NCBI GenBank assembly: GCA_032117235.1
Contig: JAULZW010000004.1
Span: forward strand, 1-51,422
Length of the DNA stretch: 51,422 bases
Reading direction: 5' to 3'
DNA from: Minisyncoccota bacterium
GTDB lineage: Bacteria > Patescibacteriota > Minisyncoccia > SW-4-49-11
Below, one piece after another: positions 20,723 through 30,773 of the stretch. Both the position numbers and the translations under genes were made by a program. The notes beneath the pieces are model-generated. The model was given only the letters and a program-made list of their open reading frames with translations, ran no database searches and was not told where the DNA came from. Position 1 is the stretch's first letter; each line of letters opens with the position of its first letter.

Positions 20723-21763
20723 ATGGATTATATTCAAGATATTAATACTGTTATAGCTGTTATAAAAATATTTGGTTTTGCAGTCCTGTCTTTTGTGATG
20801 GGAATATTTTTAACACCATTCTTGACTGACTTTCTTTTTAGAACTAAATTAGGTAAAAATATTAGAGAAGAGTCATGGGATAGTGGTAAAACTCCAGTGT
20901 TTAGTAAATTTCATGAGCATAAGCAAGGAACCCCAACTATGGCAGGTATATTGTTTTGGATTATTACATTGGTACTCACTTTAGCTTTTAATCTTACTCG
21001 TGCTGAAACTTTTCTTCCATTAACTTTTTTAGTTTCAGCTGGATTGCTAGGAGCTATTGATGACATTGCTAATATTCGTGGTATAGGCAAAATTAAAGGT
21101 TTAGGAGTTAAACTCAAACTAAGTCTACAATTATTAATAGCAGGCTTTGGAGCTTATTGGTTTACTTTTAAGTTGAATTGGACATCTTTCCATATTCCAG
21201 GGGGGGCTATATTAGGACTACCTACGGATATAGAATTAGGCTATTGGTATATCCCTGTATTTATTATATTGGTAGTATTTATTATGAATGCAGTTGATAT
21301 TACTGATGGTTTGGATGGTCTTTTAGCTGGTTCTATAATTCCTCCTTTAGGCGTTTTATCTGCCTTGTCTTTAGTTCAAGGTAATATATCTTTAGCTATA
21401 TTTATGAGCACTTTAATTGGAGCTTTGATGGCTTTTTTGTGGTTTAATATTCACCCAGCTAGATTTTTTATGGGGGGTACCGGGGCTTTCTCTCTAGGTG
21501 CTGTATTAGCGGTGGGAGCAATGTTAACTAATTCTTTAGTTATCTTGCCAATTATTGGATTCCTATTTTTCGTAGAAGGGTTATCTTCTATTTTGCAACT
21601 TATATCTAAAAAGTTTTTTAAGAAAAAAATATTTTTAGCAGCACCCATTCATCATCACTTCCAAGCACTTGGTTGGCCTGAAACTAAAATTGTTATGCGA
21701 TTCTGGATAATATCTCTAGTTATGAGTGTAATTGGACTTACGATTGGCTTACTAGGGTTATAA
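20723..21763 (+). CDS. mraY: phospho-N-acetylmuramoyl-pentapeptide transferase
   Basis: NAVDITDGLDGL and HHHF(Q) blocks; polytopic; sits in a dcw context. Confidence 0.9.
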   Translation: MDYIQDINTVIAVIKIFGFAVLSFVMGIFLTPFLTDFLFRTKLGKNIREESWDSGKTPVFSKFHEHKQGTPTMAGILFWIITLVLTLAFNLTRAETFLPLTFLVSAGLLGAIDDIANIRGIGKIKGLGVKLKLSLQLLIAGFGAYWFTFKLNWTSFHIPGGAILGLPTDIELGYWYIPVFIILVVFIMNAVDITDGLDGLLAGSIIPPLGVLSALSLVQGNISLAIFMSTLIGALMAFLWFNIHPARFFMGGTGAFSLGAVLAVGAMLTNSLVILPIIGFLFFVEGLSSILQLISKKFFKKKIFLAAPIHHHFQALGWPETKIVMRFWIISLVMSVIGLTIGLLGL

Positions 21764-21765
21764 TT

Positions 21766-23334
21766 ATGTATGATATTATTATAAAAAACGGACTCATTGT
21801 AGATGGTTTAGGCAGTAAGCCTTACGAGGGTAATATTATTATAAAAAATGGTAAAATTATTAAAATAACTTCTAGGAACGATAACTATAAAGCAAATATT
21901 GAAATTGAAGCTACAGGTAAAATTATAACCCCTGGATTTATTGACATTAGCAATCATTCAGATACTTATTTAACTTTATTTTCAGCACCATCTCAAAAAA
22001 GTTTAATAACTCAGGGCATAACCACTATTGTAGGCGGTAATTGCGGAGCATCTTTAGCACCTTTAATTAGTAATTCAGCCATTTCCTCCATTCAAAAATG
22101 GACCGATATGTCTAATATTAATGTTGATTGGCGTACATTTAAAGAATATATGTTGGTTTTAGAGAGTAAATCTTTTGCTCCTAATTTTGCTAGTCTAGTT
22201 GGTTATGATACTGTCAGAAGGGGTTTGATTGGAGATGATAATAGGGCATTAACTGAGTCTGAATTGCAAATTATAGCTAAGTTGATTCATCAATCTTTAC
22301 AAGAGGGAGCAATTGGGGTTTCTGTAGGGTTGGCTTTCTCTCATATGCAATCAGTTGACAAGAAAGAATTACTGCAATTGGCTAATATTATTAAAAAATA
22401 TAATAAAATTTTAACAGCTCATAGTCGCAATGATGGAGAAAAAGTAGTAGAATCTATACAAGAAATTATTGATATAGTCTATAAAACAAAAGTAAAAACT
22501 CATATTAATCACTTGAAAATTCTGGGTAGAAAAAACTGGAAATATGCTAAAGAAATTAATGAGATACTGAATCAGGCTATATTAGACAAGCTACCTTTAA
22601 CTTTTGACATCTTTCCGTATACTGCTAATAATACTGTAGCATATTTGTTGTTGCCAAGCTGGGCCTCAATAGGTGGGCGTAAAGTTTTATTAGAAAATTT
22701 ACAAGATTTAAACATCAGGTCTAGATTAATTCAGGAAATGAAATCTAATGCTTATGATTATACTCGTATTATAGTTTCAGACAGTCCAATGAATAAATCT
22801 ATTATCGGTAAAAGTATAGTTGAAATAGCCAAGAATCAGAATTTAGGTTTAGAAGATGCTATTATACAGCTAGTTATTGCTTCAGAAGGTAGATCCAGAG
22901 TTATTGTTGATTCAATTTCAAATCAGCATATAAATCAGTTAATAAATTTCAGTAATAGTATTATAGGCTCAGACTCTGCAGGATATGATGATAATTTAAT
23001 TAAATATAAAAGTTATGAGCATCCCCGTTCTTTTGGAGCATTTACTAAATTTTTACAAGATTATGTGCTTGCAGGACATTTGGATTGGCACAAAGCTATA
23101 CCAAAAATAACATCTCTTCCAGCTAAAACTTTTGAATTGGATAATATTGGGATAATAAGAGAGAATATGATAGCAGATATTTTAGTTATAGATCCTGCTC
23201 ATTTAGTATCATGTGCTGATTTTAAACAACCAATTCAATATTCTTCAGGAATAGAAACTGTCATTATTAACGGAGAGGTGGCATTAACAAATGGAGAAGT
23301 AACTAATTTGGGAGGAAAAACTATTAAGTCTTAA
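21766..23334 (+). CDS. amidohydrolase of the N-acyl-D-amino-acid deacylase (D-aminoacylase) family
   Basis: The blocks GFIDISNHSD, VGGNCGASLAP, TAHSRND, HINHLK and IGSDSAG align with D-aminoacylase metal-site blocks. The first His of HxH is Ser. Confidence 0.7.
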   Translation: MYDIIIKNGLIVDGLGSKPYEGNIIIKNGKIIKITSRNDNYKANIEIEATGKIITPGFIDISNHSDTYLTLFSAPSQKSLITQGITTIVGGNCGASLAPLISNSAISSIQKWTDMSNINVDWRTFKEYMLVLESKSFAPNFASLVGYDTVRRGLIGDDNRALTESELQIIAKLIHQSLQEGAIGVSVGLAFSHMQSVDKKELLQLANIIKKYNKILTAHSRNDGEKVVESIQEIIDIVYKTKVKTHINHLKILGRKNWKYAKEINEILNQAILDKLPLTFDIFPYTANNTVAYLLLPSWASIGGRKVLLENLQDLNIRSRLIQEMKSNAYDYTRIIVSDSPMNKSIIGKSIVEIAKNQNLGLEDAIIQLVIASEGRSRVIVDSISNQHINQLINFSNSIIGSDSAGYDDNLIKYKSYEHPRSFGAFTKFLQDYVLAGHLDWHKAIPKITSLPAKTFELDNIGIIRENMIADILVIDPAHLVSCADFKQPIQYSSGIETVIINGEVALTNGEVTNLGGKTIKS

Positions 23335-23338
23335 GTAT

Positions 23339-24724
23339 ATGAATTTACAAGGTAAAAAAGTAATGGTAATGGGATTGGGTCTTAATGATGGCGGTTTGGG
23401 TGCTGTAAAATATGCTCTTTCTAAGCAAGTTTCAGAATTAGTTATAACAGATTCTAAAAGTGCTGATATTCTAAAGCCAACTATTGATCAAATTAACATC
23501 TTAACTCATAATAATATTCCCATCAAGTATACTTTAGGGGATCAAAAGATTGAGGATTATACCAATATTGATATAATTATCAAAAATCCAGGAGTACCTA
23601 ACAATTCCCCTTATTTAGAGGTTGCTAGAAAATCAGGAGTAGCTATAACTAGTGATGTAGAGTTGTTTTTTGAATATATTCAATCTTTAGATTATCCACC
23701 TACCGTTATAGGAATTACAGGTACTAGAGGTAAATCAACTACAACTGCTTTAATTCATAATATACTTAGTAATTTTTATGGACAAGATAGAGTATTTCTT
23801 GGTGGTAATATTAGAAAATCTATACTTAATCTTATATCAGAAATACAAAAAGATAGTTATATTGTCTTAGAATTATCTAGTTTTCAATTAGATCATATTA
23901 AATATTCACCGCATATTGGGGTTTTTACTTCATTTTTTGCAGACCATTTAGACAGATATAAATCAATTGATGAGTATTTTGAGTCAAAAACTAATATTAT
24001 TGCTTTTCAAAGTTCAAATGATTTTTCTGTGCTTAATATTGATAATGATAGAATTGCTAATTTGTCTACTAAAATTAAATCTCAATTAACTACATACTCA
24101 TTACATAAAGAAAATGCCACTATACATATAGATAAAGATAATTATATTGTATATAAAAATGATAGGATTATACACATAAAAGATATATCACTCTTCGGTG
24201 AACATAATCAATATAATGCAATGGCAGCTATTGGAGCTACTATTATTATGGGGGTTGATAAAGATACTTTAATTAAATCTTTACAATCCTTTAATGGTAT
24301 TGAGGGTAGACAGCAGTCATTAGGTTTGATCAATGAAGTTGAAATTATTAATGATACTACTAGTACAATGCCAGTGGCTTTGATGGTTGCGATGGATACA
24401 TTTCAAGACAAACCTTATATTTTAATTTGTGGGGGAGAAGACAAAGGTCTAGATTACTCTGATTTAGCAGATTATAAGCATATTAATCTAAAAGGTATAG
24501 TGCTTTTACCAGGCTCGGCCAGTATTTTAATTCAAAGGTATATTTCTGACATCAATATTTACGATGTATCTACTTTGGAAGAAGCTGTTGATACAGCATT
24601 TAAATTAGTAAAGACAGGAGAGAGAATTGTATTCTCACCAGGGGCTACCAGTTTTGGGATGTTTTTGAATGAATTTGATAGGGGTGACAAATTTACAGCT
24701 TTAATTCAGTCTAAAAGGAGATAA
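23339..24724 (+). CDS. murD: UDP-N-acetylmuramoylalanine--D-glutamate ligase
   Basis: Mur ligase P-loop GITGTRGKSTT and an N-terminal Rossmann-like fold. Lies between mraY and ftsW. Confidence 0.88.
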   Translation: MNLQGKKVMVMGLGLNDGGLGAVKYALSKQVSELVITDSKSADILKPTIDQINILTHNNIPIKYTLGDQKIEDYTNIDIIIKNPGVPNNSPYLEVARKSGVAITSDVELFFEYIQSLDYPPTVIGITGTRGKSTTTALIHNILSNFYGQDRVFLGGNIRKSILNLISEIQKDSYIVLELSSFQLDHIKYSPHIGVFTSFFADHLDRYKSIDEYFESKTNIIAFQSSNDFSVLNIDNDRIANLSTKIKSQLTTYSLHKENATIHIDKDNYIVYKNDRIIHIKDISLFGEHNQYNAMAAIGATIIMGVDKDTLIKSLQSFNGIEGRQQSLGLINEVEIINDTTSTMPVALMVAMDTFQDKPYILICGGEDKGLDYSDLADYKHINLKGIVLLPGSASILIQRYISDINIYDVSTLEEAVDTAFKLVKTGERIVFSPGATSFGMFLNEFDRGDKFTALIQSKRR

Positions 24725-24735
24725 TTGAAACTATA

Positions 24736-25842
24736 ATGAGACAAAAAGCTAAATTAAAAGGTATAGACTCTTTCTTTCTAGTAGCAATAGGTATATTACT
24801 TTTATTTGGTCTAGTTATTTTACAATCAGCTAGTGGACCAAGCTCTAATAATAGCTATGGTTATGTATATTATGAGCTTGTGAATCAATTGATAAAAGGA
24901 GTAGTACCTGGACTCATTATCTTTTTATTGTTTTCTAATCTTAAATTTAATTTATTTAAAAAATTTGCCATATTAGGATGGATATTTGCAATAGCTTTGA
25001 ACATTATGGTTCTAGTCACCCCATTTGGAGTTTCAGTTAAAGGGGCTAGTAGATGGCTAGATATTGGAATTCTTAGAATTCAGCCATCTGAGGTGTTAAA
25101 ATTAGCTATAATATTGTGTTTGGCGGTTGTTCTAAAACAATTGGGTAATAAAATCAACAATATTAGGTCTATTATATTAATAAGTGCTATTATTGGTATA
25201 GGAGGAGTCATAGTTATTGCTGGACAGACTAGTCTAAGTAATGGAATTGTTTTGTTAGCTATTTCAATTAGTGTTTTGTTTCAGTCCCAAATCAAATTCA
25301 GATTTATCTTGATGTTTATTGGTATGTGTTTAATAGCAGGAATATTAGCTGTATCTACAACAAATTTTCGTACAACTAGAATTACAACTTTTTTACAGCC
25401 TGAAAATACAACTCAAGATGAAAAAACACAAATCGAGAACAATTTAATAGCAGTTGGTTCAGGGGGATTTGTGGGAGTTGGGTTAGGAGAAAGTAGACAA
25501 AAATTCTTTTATTTACCAGAGGCTAGTACAGATTCTATATTTGCAGTTTTTGCAGAAGAAACAGGTTTTGTAGGTGCTATGGGGTTGGTTTTTTTGTTCT
25601 TAGTCATAATATGGAGAATTTTATGGCTACATATTAAGGTCTCTGATGAGTTTAGCCAATATATTTTAGTTGGAGGAGCTACATGGATTGCATTACAGAC
25701 TTTTATTAATATAGCTACAACAATTCAATTAGCCCCAGTTACGGGAGTAACATTACCTTTTGTTAGTGCTGGTGGTAGTTCAATGATAGTATTCTGCGCT
25801 CTATTTGGGATTATTGCCAATATAAGTAAATATAGAAATTAA
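24736..25842 (+). CDS. ftsW: SEDS-family peptidoglycan polymerase (FtsW by context)
   Basis: Ten-TM SEDS pattern, LPEASTDSIFAVFAEETGF, PFVSAGGSSM. Confidence 0.85.
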   Translation: MRQKAKLKGIDSFFLVAIGILLLFGLVILQSASGPSSNNSYGYVYYELVNQLIKGVVPGLIIFLLFSNLKFNLFKKFAILGWIFAIALNIMVLVTPFGVSVKGASRWLDIGILRIQPSEVLKLAIILCLAVVLKQLGNKINNIRSIILISAIIGIGGVIVIAGQTSLSNGIVLLAISISVLFQSQIKFRFILMFIGMCLIAGILAVSTTNFRTTRITTFLQPENTTQDEKTQIENNLIAVGSGGFVGVGLGESRQKFFYLPEASTDSIFAVFAEETGFVGAMGLVFLFLVIIWRILWLHIKVSDEFSQYILVGGATWIALQTFINIATTIQLAPVTGVTLPFVSAGGSSMIVFCALFGIIANISKYRN

Positions 25843-25943
25843 ATTATATATAATACAAACACTTGATTTAAGTTATAAAACATGGTAGTATTATTAGATA
25901 ATATGTACTTAATTTATATACTTAGTAATAATTAACAATAGCT

Positions 25944-26681
25944 ATGGTAAATACACGCTCCACAATTTCTCTTGAAGATATGGCAAAAGCAGGTGTGCAT
26001 TTTGGACATCACACTTCTAAATGGCATCCTAAAATGAAAGATTACATATATGGAAGTAAAAACTCTATTCATATTATAGATCTCAATACTACTAAAGAAA
26101 AGTTAGAGACTGCTCTTGATTTTATATCTGAAACCGTATCTTCAGGTAAAGATATTTTATTTGTGTCTACCAAAAAACAAGCCATCCCTATTGTAAGAAG
26201 TATTTCAGAAGAAACTGGTATGCCATATATGGTAAGGAGATGGGTAGGAGGAATCTTTACTAACTTCAAAGCAATTAATAAAAGAGTAAAACAACTAGTT
26301 GTTTTAGAAGAGAAATTAGAAGCCAATCAGCTTAAGTCTTATACTAAGAAAGAAAGAAAAGTTTTTTCTGATAAAGTAGAAAAAGGTAACAAAATTTTTG
26401 CAGGTATTAAAAACCTTAAAGGATTGCCAGGGGCTATATTTGTTCAAGATATAATGAAAGATGCCTTAGCTATTAAAGAAGCACAAGACTTAAATATCCC
26501 AGTTATTGCATTAGCTGATACTAATGTAAATCCTGAATTAGCTAATTATATAATTCCAGCTAATGATGATGCAATTAGTTCAATTCAATATATCTATACT
26601 TTGGTAGCTCAGACCATTACAGAAGCTAAGTCTAAAAGAGTGGCTATGCCCACAGATAATAAATCTACTAATAAAGAATAA
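25944..26681 (+). CDS. rpsB: 30S ribosomal protein S2
   Basis: AGVHFGHHTSKWHPKM ... typical S2; followed by tsf. Confidence 0.92.
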   Translation: MVNTRSTISLEDMAKAGVHFGHHTSKWHPKMKDYIYGSKNSIHIIDLNTTKEKLETALDFISETVSSGKDILFVSTKKQAIPIVRSISEETGMPYMVRRWVGGIFTNFKAINKRVKQLVVLEEKLEANQLKSYTKKERKVFSDKVEKGNKIFAGIKNLKGLPGAIFVQDIMKDALAIKEAQDLNIPVIALADTNVNPELANYIIPANDDAISSIQYIYTLVAQTITEAKSKRVAMPTDNKSTNKE

Positions 26682-26686
26682 TAGTT

Positions 26687-27139
26687 ATGATTACTGCTCA
26701 AGATGTTGCTAAACTAAGACAAATTACAGGTGCTGGTATGATGGATGCTAAAAAAGCTCTAGAAGAATCATCTGGTGACTTTGAAAAGGCAAAAGAACTG
26801 TTGCAATCTAGATATGCTGAAAAAGCTGATAAGAAAGCAGATAGAGAAACATCAGAAGGATTTATTGGAACTTATGTACATAATGGTAAATCAGCTGCTT
26901 TAGTTGCTTTGGCTTGTGAAACAGATTTTGTCGCTCGTAATGATGAATTTAGAGAGTTGGCTCAAAACATAGCATTGCATATTACTGCTATGATTGGAGA
27001 AGACGCAACCATTCAAGATATATTAGATTCTAACTATATCAAAAACCCTAGTCTTACGATTGCAGAATTATTAAAAAGTAAGATTGGAGTATTAGGTGAA
27101 AATATTCAAATTAAGTCATTTAGAAAAATCTCTTTATAA
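26687..27139 (+). CDS. tsf: elongation factor Ts, unusually short form (150 aa)
   Basis: N-terminal UBA-like block VAKLRQITGAGMMDAKKALEE and TDFVARNDEF. The protein ends far earlier than typical EF-Ts. Confidence 0.8.
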   Translation: MITAQDVAKLRQITGAGMMDAKKALEESSGDFEKAKELLQSRYAEKADKKADRETSEGFIGTYVHNGKSAALVALACETDFVARNDEFRELAQNIALHITAMIGEDATIQDILDSNYIKNPSLTIAELLKSKIGVLGENIQIKSFRKISL

Positions 27140-27167
27140 ATCTAAATTAATTTCAATCAAATAAGCT

Positions 27168-27971
27168 ATGACAACGGCTATAATTATTGTTATTTTAATA
27201 GTAATACTCAGTATAGGATTGTTCTTTTTAATTAAAAAGCTTTCACATGTTTCAGATATAGAACCTGAAATATACCAACAAGAAGGTGCTATTACTGAAT
27301 TTAATTCTATTCCTAGAGAGGTGGAAGAACTTGTAGATTATAATAATTACAAATCTAAGCCTAAAGCTCAATTCGATGTATTTATTAGTAAAATATATAT
27401 ATTTTACAATCAACAGATGCAGAACTTGAATCAAATAAGGCTTAACTATAAGCAAAATCAAATTGAAAAAATTAAAGCTAAGGAAAAAGATATACAAGCT
27501 GCTATTCAAAAAGATTTAGAAGTTCAAGAATTAGAATCAAAGGAAAAAAAAGAACATATTGTAGATAAAATAGATACTACTTATTTTGAAGTAGAGCATA
27601 TTGTACAAACCAGTGGAAAAGAGAATGCAGTGGACTCTAATTCTAAAAAACTTAAAGATGAAATTAGTCCAGATACTAAAGCAACGGATTTTGTAGAGCA
27701 ATTACTGTCTGAAGTAGACGCTGTTTCTGACTCTGGTTCAGACGATATATCAGATACATATTACTATGAATATATGGAAAAACGATATATTGATAGAATT
27801 GTTTCTAATTCTAAGGATATAGAGTCATATAAAAAACTTGGTGATTTATACGTAGATATGAGGAATTATAAAGATGCTCTAGAAGCGTTTCAATATATAT
27901 TAAAATTAAAGCCAAATGATACTTTAGCTAGCCGCAGGGTAAAGGATATATCTAATCGTTTACAAAATTAA
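27168..27971 (+). CDS. membrane-anchored coiled-coil/TPR protein
   Basis: N-terminal TM helix, K/E-rich middle, C-terminal TPR-like unit (YKKLGDLYVDMRNYKDALEAFQYILKLKPND). Confidence 0.55.
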   Translation: MTTAIIIVILIVILSIGLFFLIKKLSHVSDIEPEIYQQEGAITEFNSIPREVEELVDYNNYKSKPKAQFDVFISKIYIFYNQQMQNLNQIRLNYKQNQIEKIKAKEKDIQAAIQKDLEVQELESKEKKEHIVDKIDTTYFEVEHIVQTSGKENAVDSNSKKLKDEISPDTKATDFVEQLLSEVDAVSDSGSDDISDTYYYEYMEKRYIDRIVSNSKDIESYKKLGDLYVDMRNYKDALEAFQYILKLKPNDTLASRRVKDISNRLQN

Positions 27972-28046
27972 ATTTAGGTGCATTACTATTGTCTTATCTA
28001 CCAATATAAGATATAATATACAGCATATGAGTATAACAGTACAATA

Positions 28047-28400
28047 GTGAAAGTAATGAGTTTTCATATTTTAGAAGACCCTTCGAATGGCGTGACAGAT
28101 GTATTTTTGTCTCATACTAAATTGACTGATATAGATCCAGCTATTTGGCAAGATGAAGAATTTGATTGGGAGTCTGGTACTGACTTTGAGCTAGAATATA
28201 TAGATAAAGAAAAAGTTTTTTCTATATTACATAACCCAGTAGTTATAAATAAATATTTTGACTCGCCTGAAATGTTATATGTGGTAGCTAAAGATAAACT
28301 AGAGATTAGTGATTATTATGAATTAGTTCATAAATATATTACAGAGTTTTGTGAGTTCGTAGATCAAGATTATGCCATTTATTTTAAAGTTAACTCCTAA
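28047..28400 (+). CDS. acidic hypothetical protein
   Basis: ORF only. GTG start in the track; an ATG at 28056 is an alternative. Confidence 0.4.
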   Translation: MKVMSFHILEDPSNGVTDVFLSHTKLTDIDPAIWQDEEFDWESGTDFELEYIDKEKVFSILHNPVVINKYFDSPEMLYVVAKDKLEISDYYELVHKYITEFCEFVDQDYAIYFKVNS

Positions 28401-28409
28401 ATTTATTAT

Positions 28410-30725
28410 ATGAAAGATACAGTATTAAAATCAGCCCCTCTAATTGCACTTAAGAATAAAGTATTATTTCCTAATGAAGTAGTATCTTTAATTTTTGAAA
28501 GAGAACAATCTCTTTTGGCTTTGAATAATGCAATGGATAAGGATATCAATCCAATCTTTGTATTTCAAAGAACCGATAATCATGATATTACTCCTGAAAA
28601 TTTATATAAAATCGGTACGGTAGGTAAAATTATTAGAGTTTGGAGAATGCCAGAAGGTCCTACAGGAGTTTTGGTAGAAGGGTTGGATCCAGCTTTGATT
28701 CATCACATTGATGATACTAAATTAGGATTTAAAGGACATTATAGTTTATTAGAACAGCAAAAATATGAGTCTGATATAGAAGTAGAGGCTTTAATTAGGA
28801 GTATTACTAATGTTTTTAGAGATATTGTAAATATGGGAGTATCTATCCCGCTTTCAGTAATGAATGAAATTATTAATGATAATATCGATCCAGTTACTTT
28901 ATCTTATTTGATTACTTCTATTTTATCTATTAAAAATTCAGAAAAACAAGCTTTATTAGAAAATACTAATTTGGTAGAGAGATTAAAGCATATTAATGTT
29001 TATATAACCAAAGAGAGAGAAATACTAGAAGTTGGGCAAAAAGTACAGAAAGAAACTCAAAAACAAGTAGGGCGCTTTGCTAAAGAAGCAATGCTTCGTG
29101 AACAAATGAAGGCTATAGAAAAAGAATTAGGCGTAAGTGGAGAACAAAGCGAATTTTCTGATTTGAAGAAAAAATTAAAATCTGCTAAAATGCCAGATAA
29201 AGTTTCTAAAAAAGCAATGCATGAGCTATCTCGTTTAGAAAAAATGCCTCCATTCTCGCCAGAAAGTTCATATATACAAAATTACTTAGAAGTACTAGTA
29301 AGTATCCCTTGGCATAAAAAGGCTAGGGTTAAAAGAAATATCATAGAGGCTGAGTCTATTTTGGAACAAGAACACTATGGTCTTGATGAAGCCAAGGAGC
29401 GAATAACGGAGTATTTAGCGGTAGAACAGTTAACCAAAAAACCACAGGGGACAATTTTATGTTTTTATGGTCCTCCCGGAACAGGTAAAACTTCGATTGG
29501 AGAGTCTATCGCCAGAGCCACAGGTAGAGAATTTGTAAAAGTATCACTGGGCGGTGTTCGGGATGAGACAGAAATTAGAGGACATAGAAGAACTTATGTT
29601 GGAGCTATGCCTGGTAGAATTATTCAGGGGCTTCGCAATATCAAAACTACTAATCCGGTCTTTATGTTGGATGAAATAGATAAATTAGGCTCAGATTTTA
29701 GAGGAGACCCTTCTTCTGCGCTATTGGAAGTTTTAGATCCAGCTCAAAATAATGCTTTTGTAGATCATTATTTGGATGTTGAATATGATTTATCAGATAT
29801 TATATTTATAACTACAGCTAATGATCTTAGTTCCATCCCAGAGCCATTATTTGATCGTATGGAAGTTATAGAGTTTAGTGGATATACTGATATTGAAAAA
29901 CTTAATATTGCTAAAAAATATCTTGTTTCTAGAGTTTTGAAAAAAAGTGGTATTACAGAAAAACAACTTAAATTCACAGACTCTGCTATAATGACTGTAA
30001 TTACTAAATATACTTTTGAGGCAGGACTTAGAAGTTTTGAGCGAGAATTATATAAAATTGCTCGTAAAGTTGCCAAAGAATACTTATTACAAGGAGATAA
30101 AAAATTTATAGTAACTATTAAACCTGAAAATCTTGAAAAATACCTCAAAGGTGAAAAATATGAGGAAAGTAGAATTAATCAAAAAGATGAAGTTGGAGTC
30201 TCAACTGGTCTGGGTTGGCACCCTTATGGAGGAGATATTCTATTTATTGAAACTAATCTTTTCAAAGGAGAATCCAATTTACAGGTCACTGGAAATGCAA
30301 CTAAAGTTATGCAAGAGTCAGTACAAGCTGCATTCTCATATCTCAAAGCTAATGCCAAAAAATATAATATTGATGAGAAAATTCTAAAATCTCACACAGT
30401 ACATGTTCATCTTCCATCTGGGGCGGTACAAAAAGATGGTCCTTCAGCTGGACTTGCTATTGCAACTTCAATTCTTTCAGCTTTAACTAAGCAAAAAGTC
30501 AAGCGAACTGTAGCAATGACAGGAGAAATTAATATTAGAGGAAAAGCACTAAAAATTGGGGGAGTTAAAAATAAGGTTTTGGGAGCTCATCGGGCTGGCA
30601 TTAAAACTATTATTATTCCAAAAGCGAATAAAGCAGATTTGGAAGAAATTCCAGCAAATGTAAAACAAGACATTACATTTGTACAAGTAGATAACTTTGA
30701 TGATGTCTACAAGGTGGCTTTTTAA
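28410..30725 (+). CDS. lon: ATP-dependent Lon protease
   Basis: LON N-domain, AAA+ Walker A GPPGTGKTS, protease Ser-Lys dyad context (KDGPSAGLA ... GGVKNKVLGAHRAG). Confidence 0.93.
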   Translation: MKDTVLKSAPLIALKNKVLFPNEVVSLIFEREQSLLALNNAMDKDINPIFVFQRTDNHDITPENLYKIGTVGKIIRVWRMPEGPTGVLVEGLDPALIHHIDDTKLGFKGHYSLLEQQKYESDIEVEALIRSITNVFRDIVNMGVSIPLSVMNEIINDNIDPVTLSYLITSILSIKNSEKQALLENTNLVERLKHINVYITKEREILEVGQKVQKETQKQVGRFAKEAMLREQMKAIEKELGVSGEQSEFSDLKKKLKSAKMPDKVSKKAMHELSRLEKMPPFSPESSYIQNYLEVLVSIPWHKKARVKRNIIEAESILEQEHYGLDEAKERITEYLAVEQLTKKPQGTILCFYGPPGTGKTSIGESIARATGREFVKVSLGGVRDETEIRGHRRTYVGAMPGRIIQGLRNIKTTNPVFMLDEIDKLGSDFRGDPSSALLEVLDPAQNNAFVDHYLDVEYDLSDIIFITTANDLSSIPEPLFDRMEVIEFSGYTDIEKLNIAKKYLVSRVLKKSGITEKQLKFTDSAIMTVITKYTFEAGLRSFERELYKIARKVAKEYLLQGDKKFIVTIKPENLEKYLKGEKYEESRINQKDEVGVSTGLGWHPYGGDILFIETNLFKGESNLQVTGNATKVMQESVQAAFSYLKANAKKYNIDEKILKSHTVHVHLPSGAVQKDGPSAGLAIATSILSALTKQKVKRTVAMTGEINIRGKALKIGGVKNKVLGAHRAGIKTIIIPKANKADLEEIPANVKQDITFVQVDNFDDVYKVAF

Positions 30726-30733
30726 AAATTTTG

Positions 30734-30742
30734 TGCTATACT
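30734..30742 (+). promoter_or_regulatory. extended -10-like element (TGCTATACT) upstream of the isomerase gene
   Basis: tgtgctatact lies about 30 nt before the ATG at 30774. Confidence 0.3.
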
Positions 30743-30773
30743 AAATTAGTATAATCAAAAATATAGACAATAT

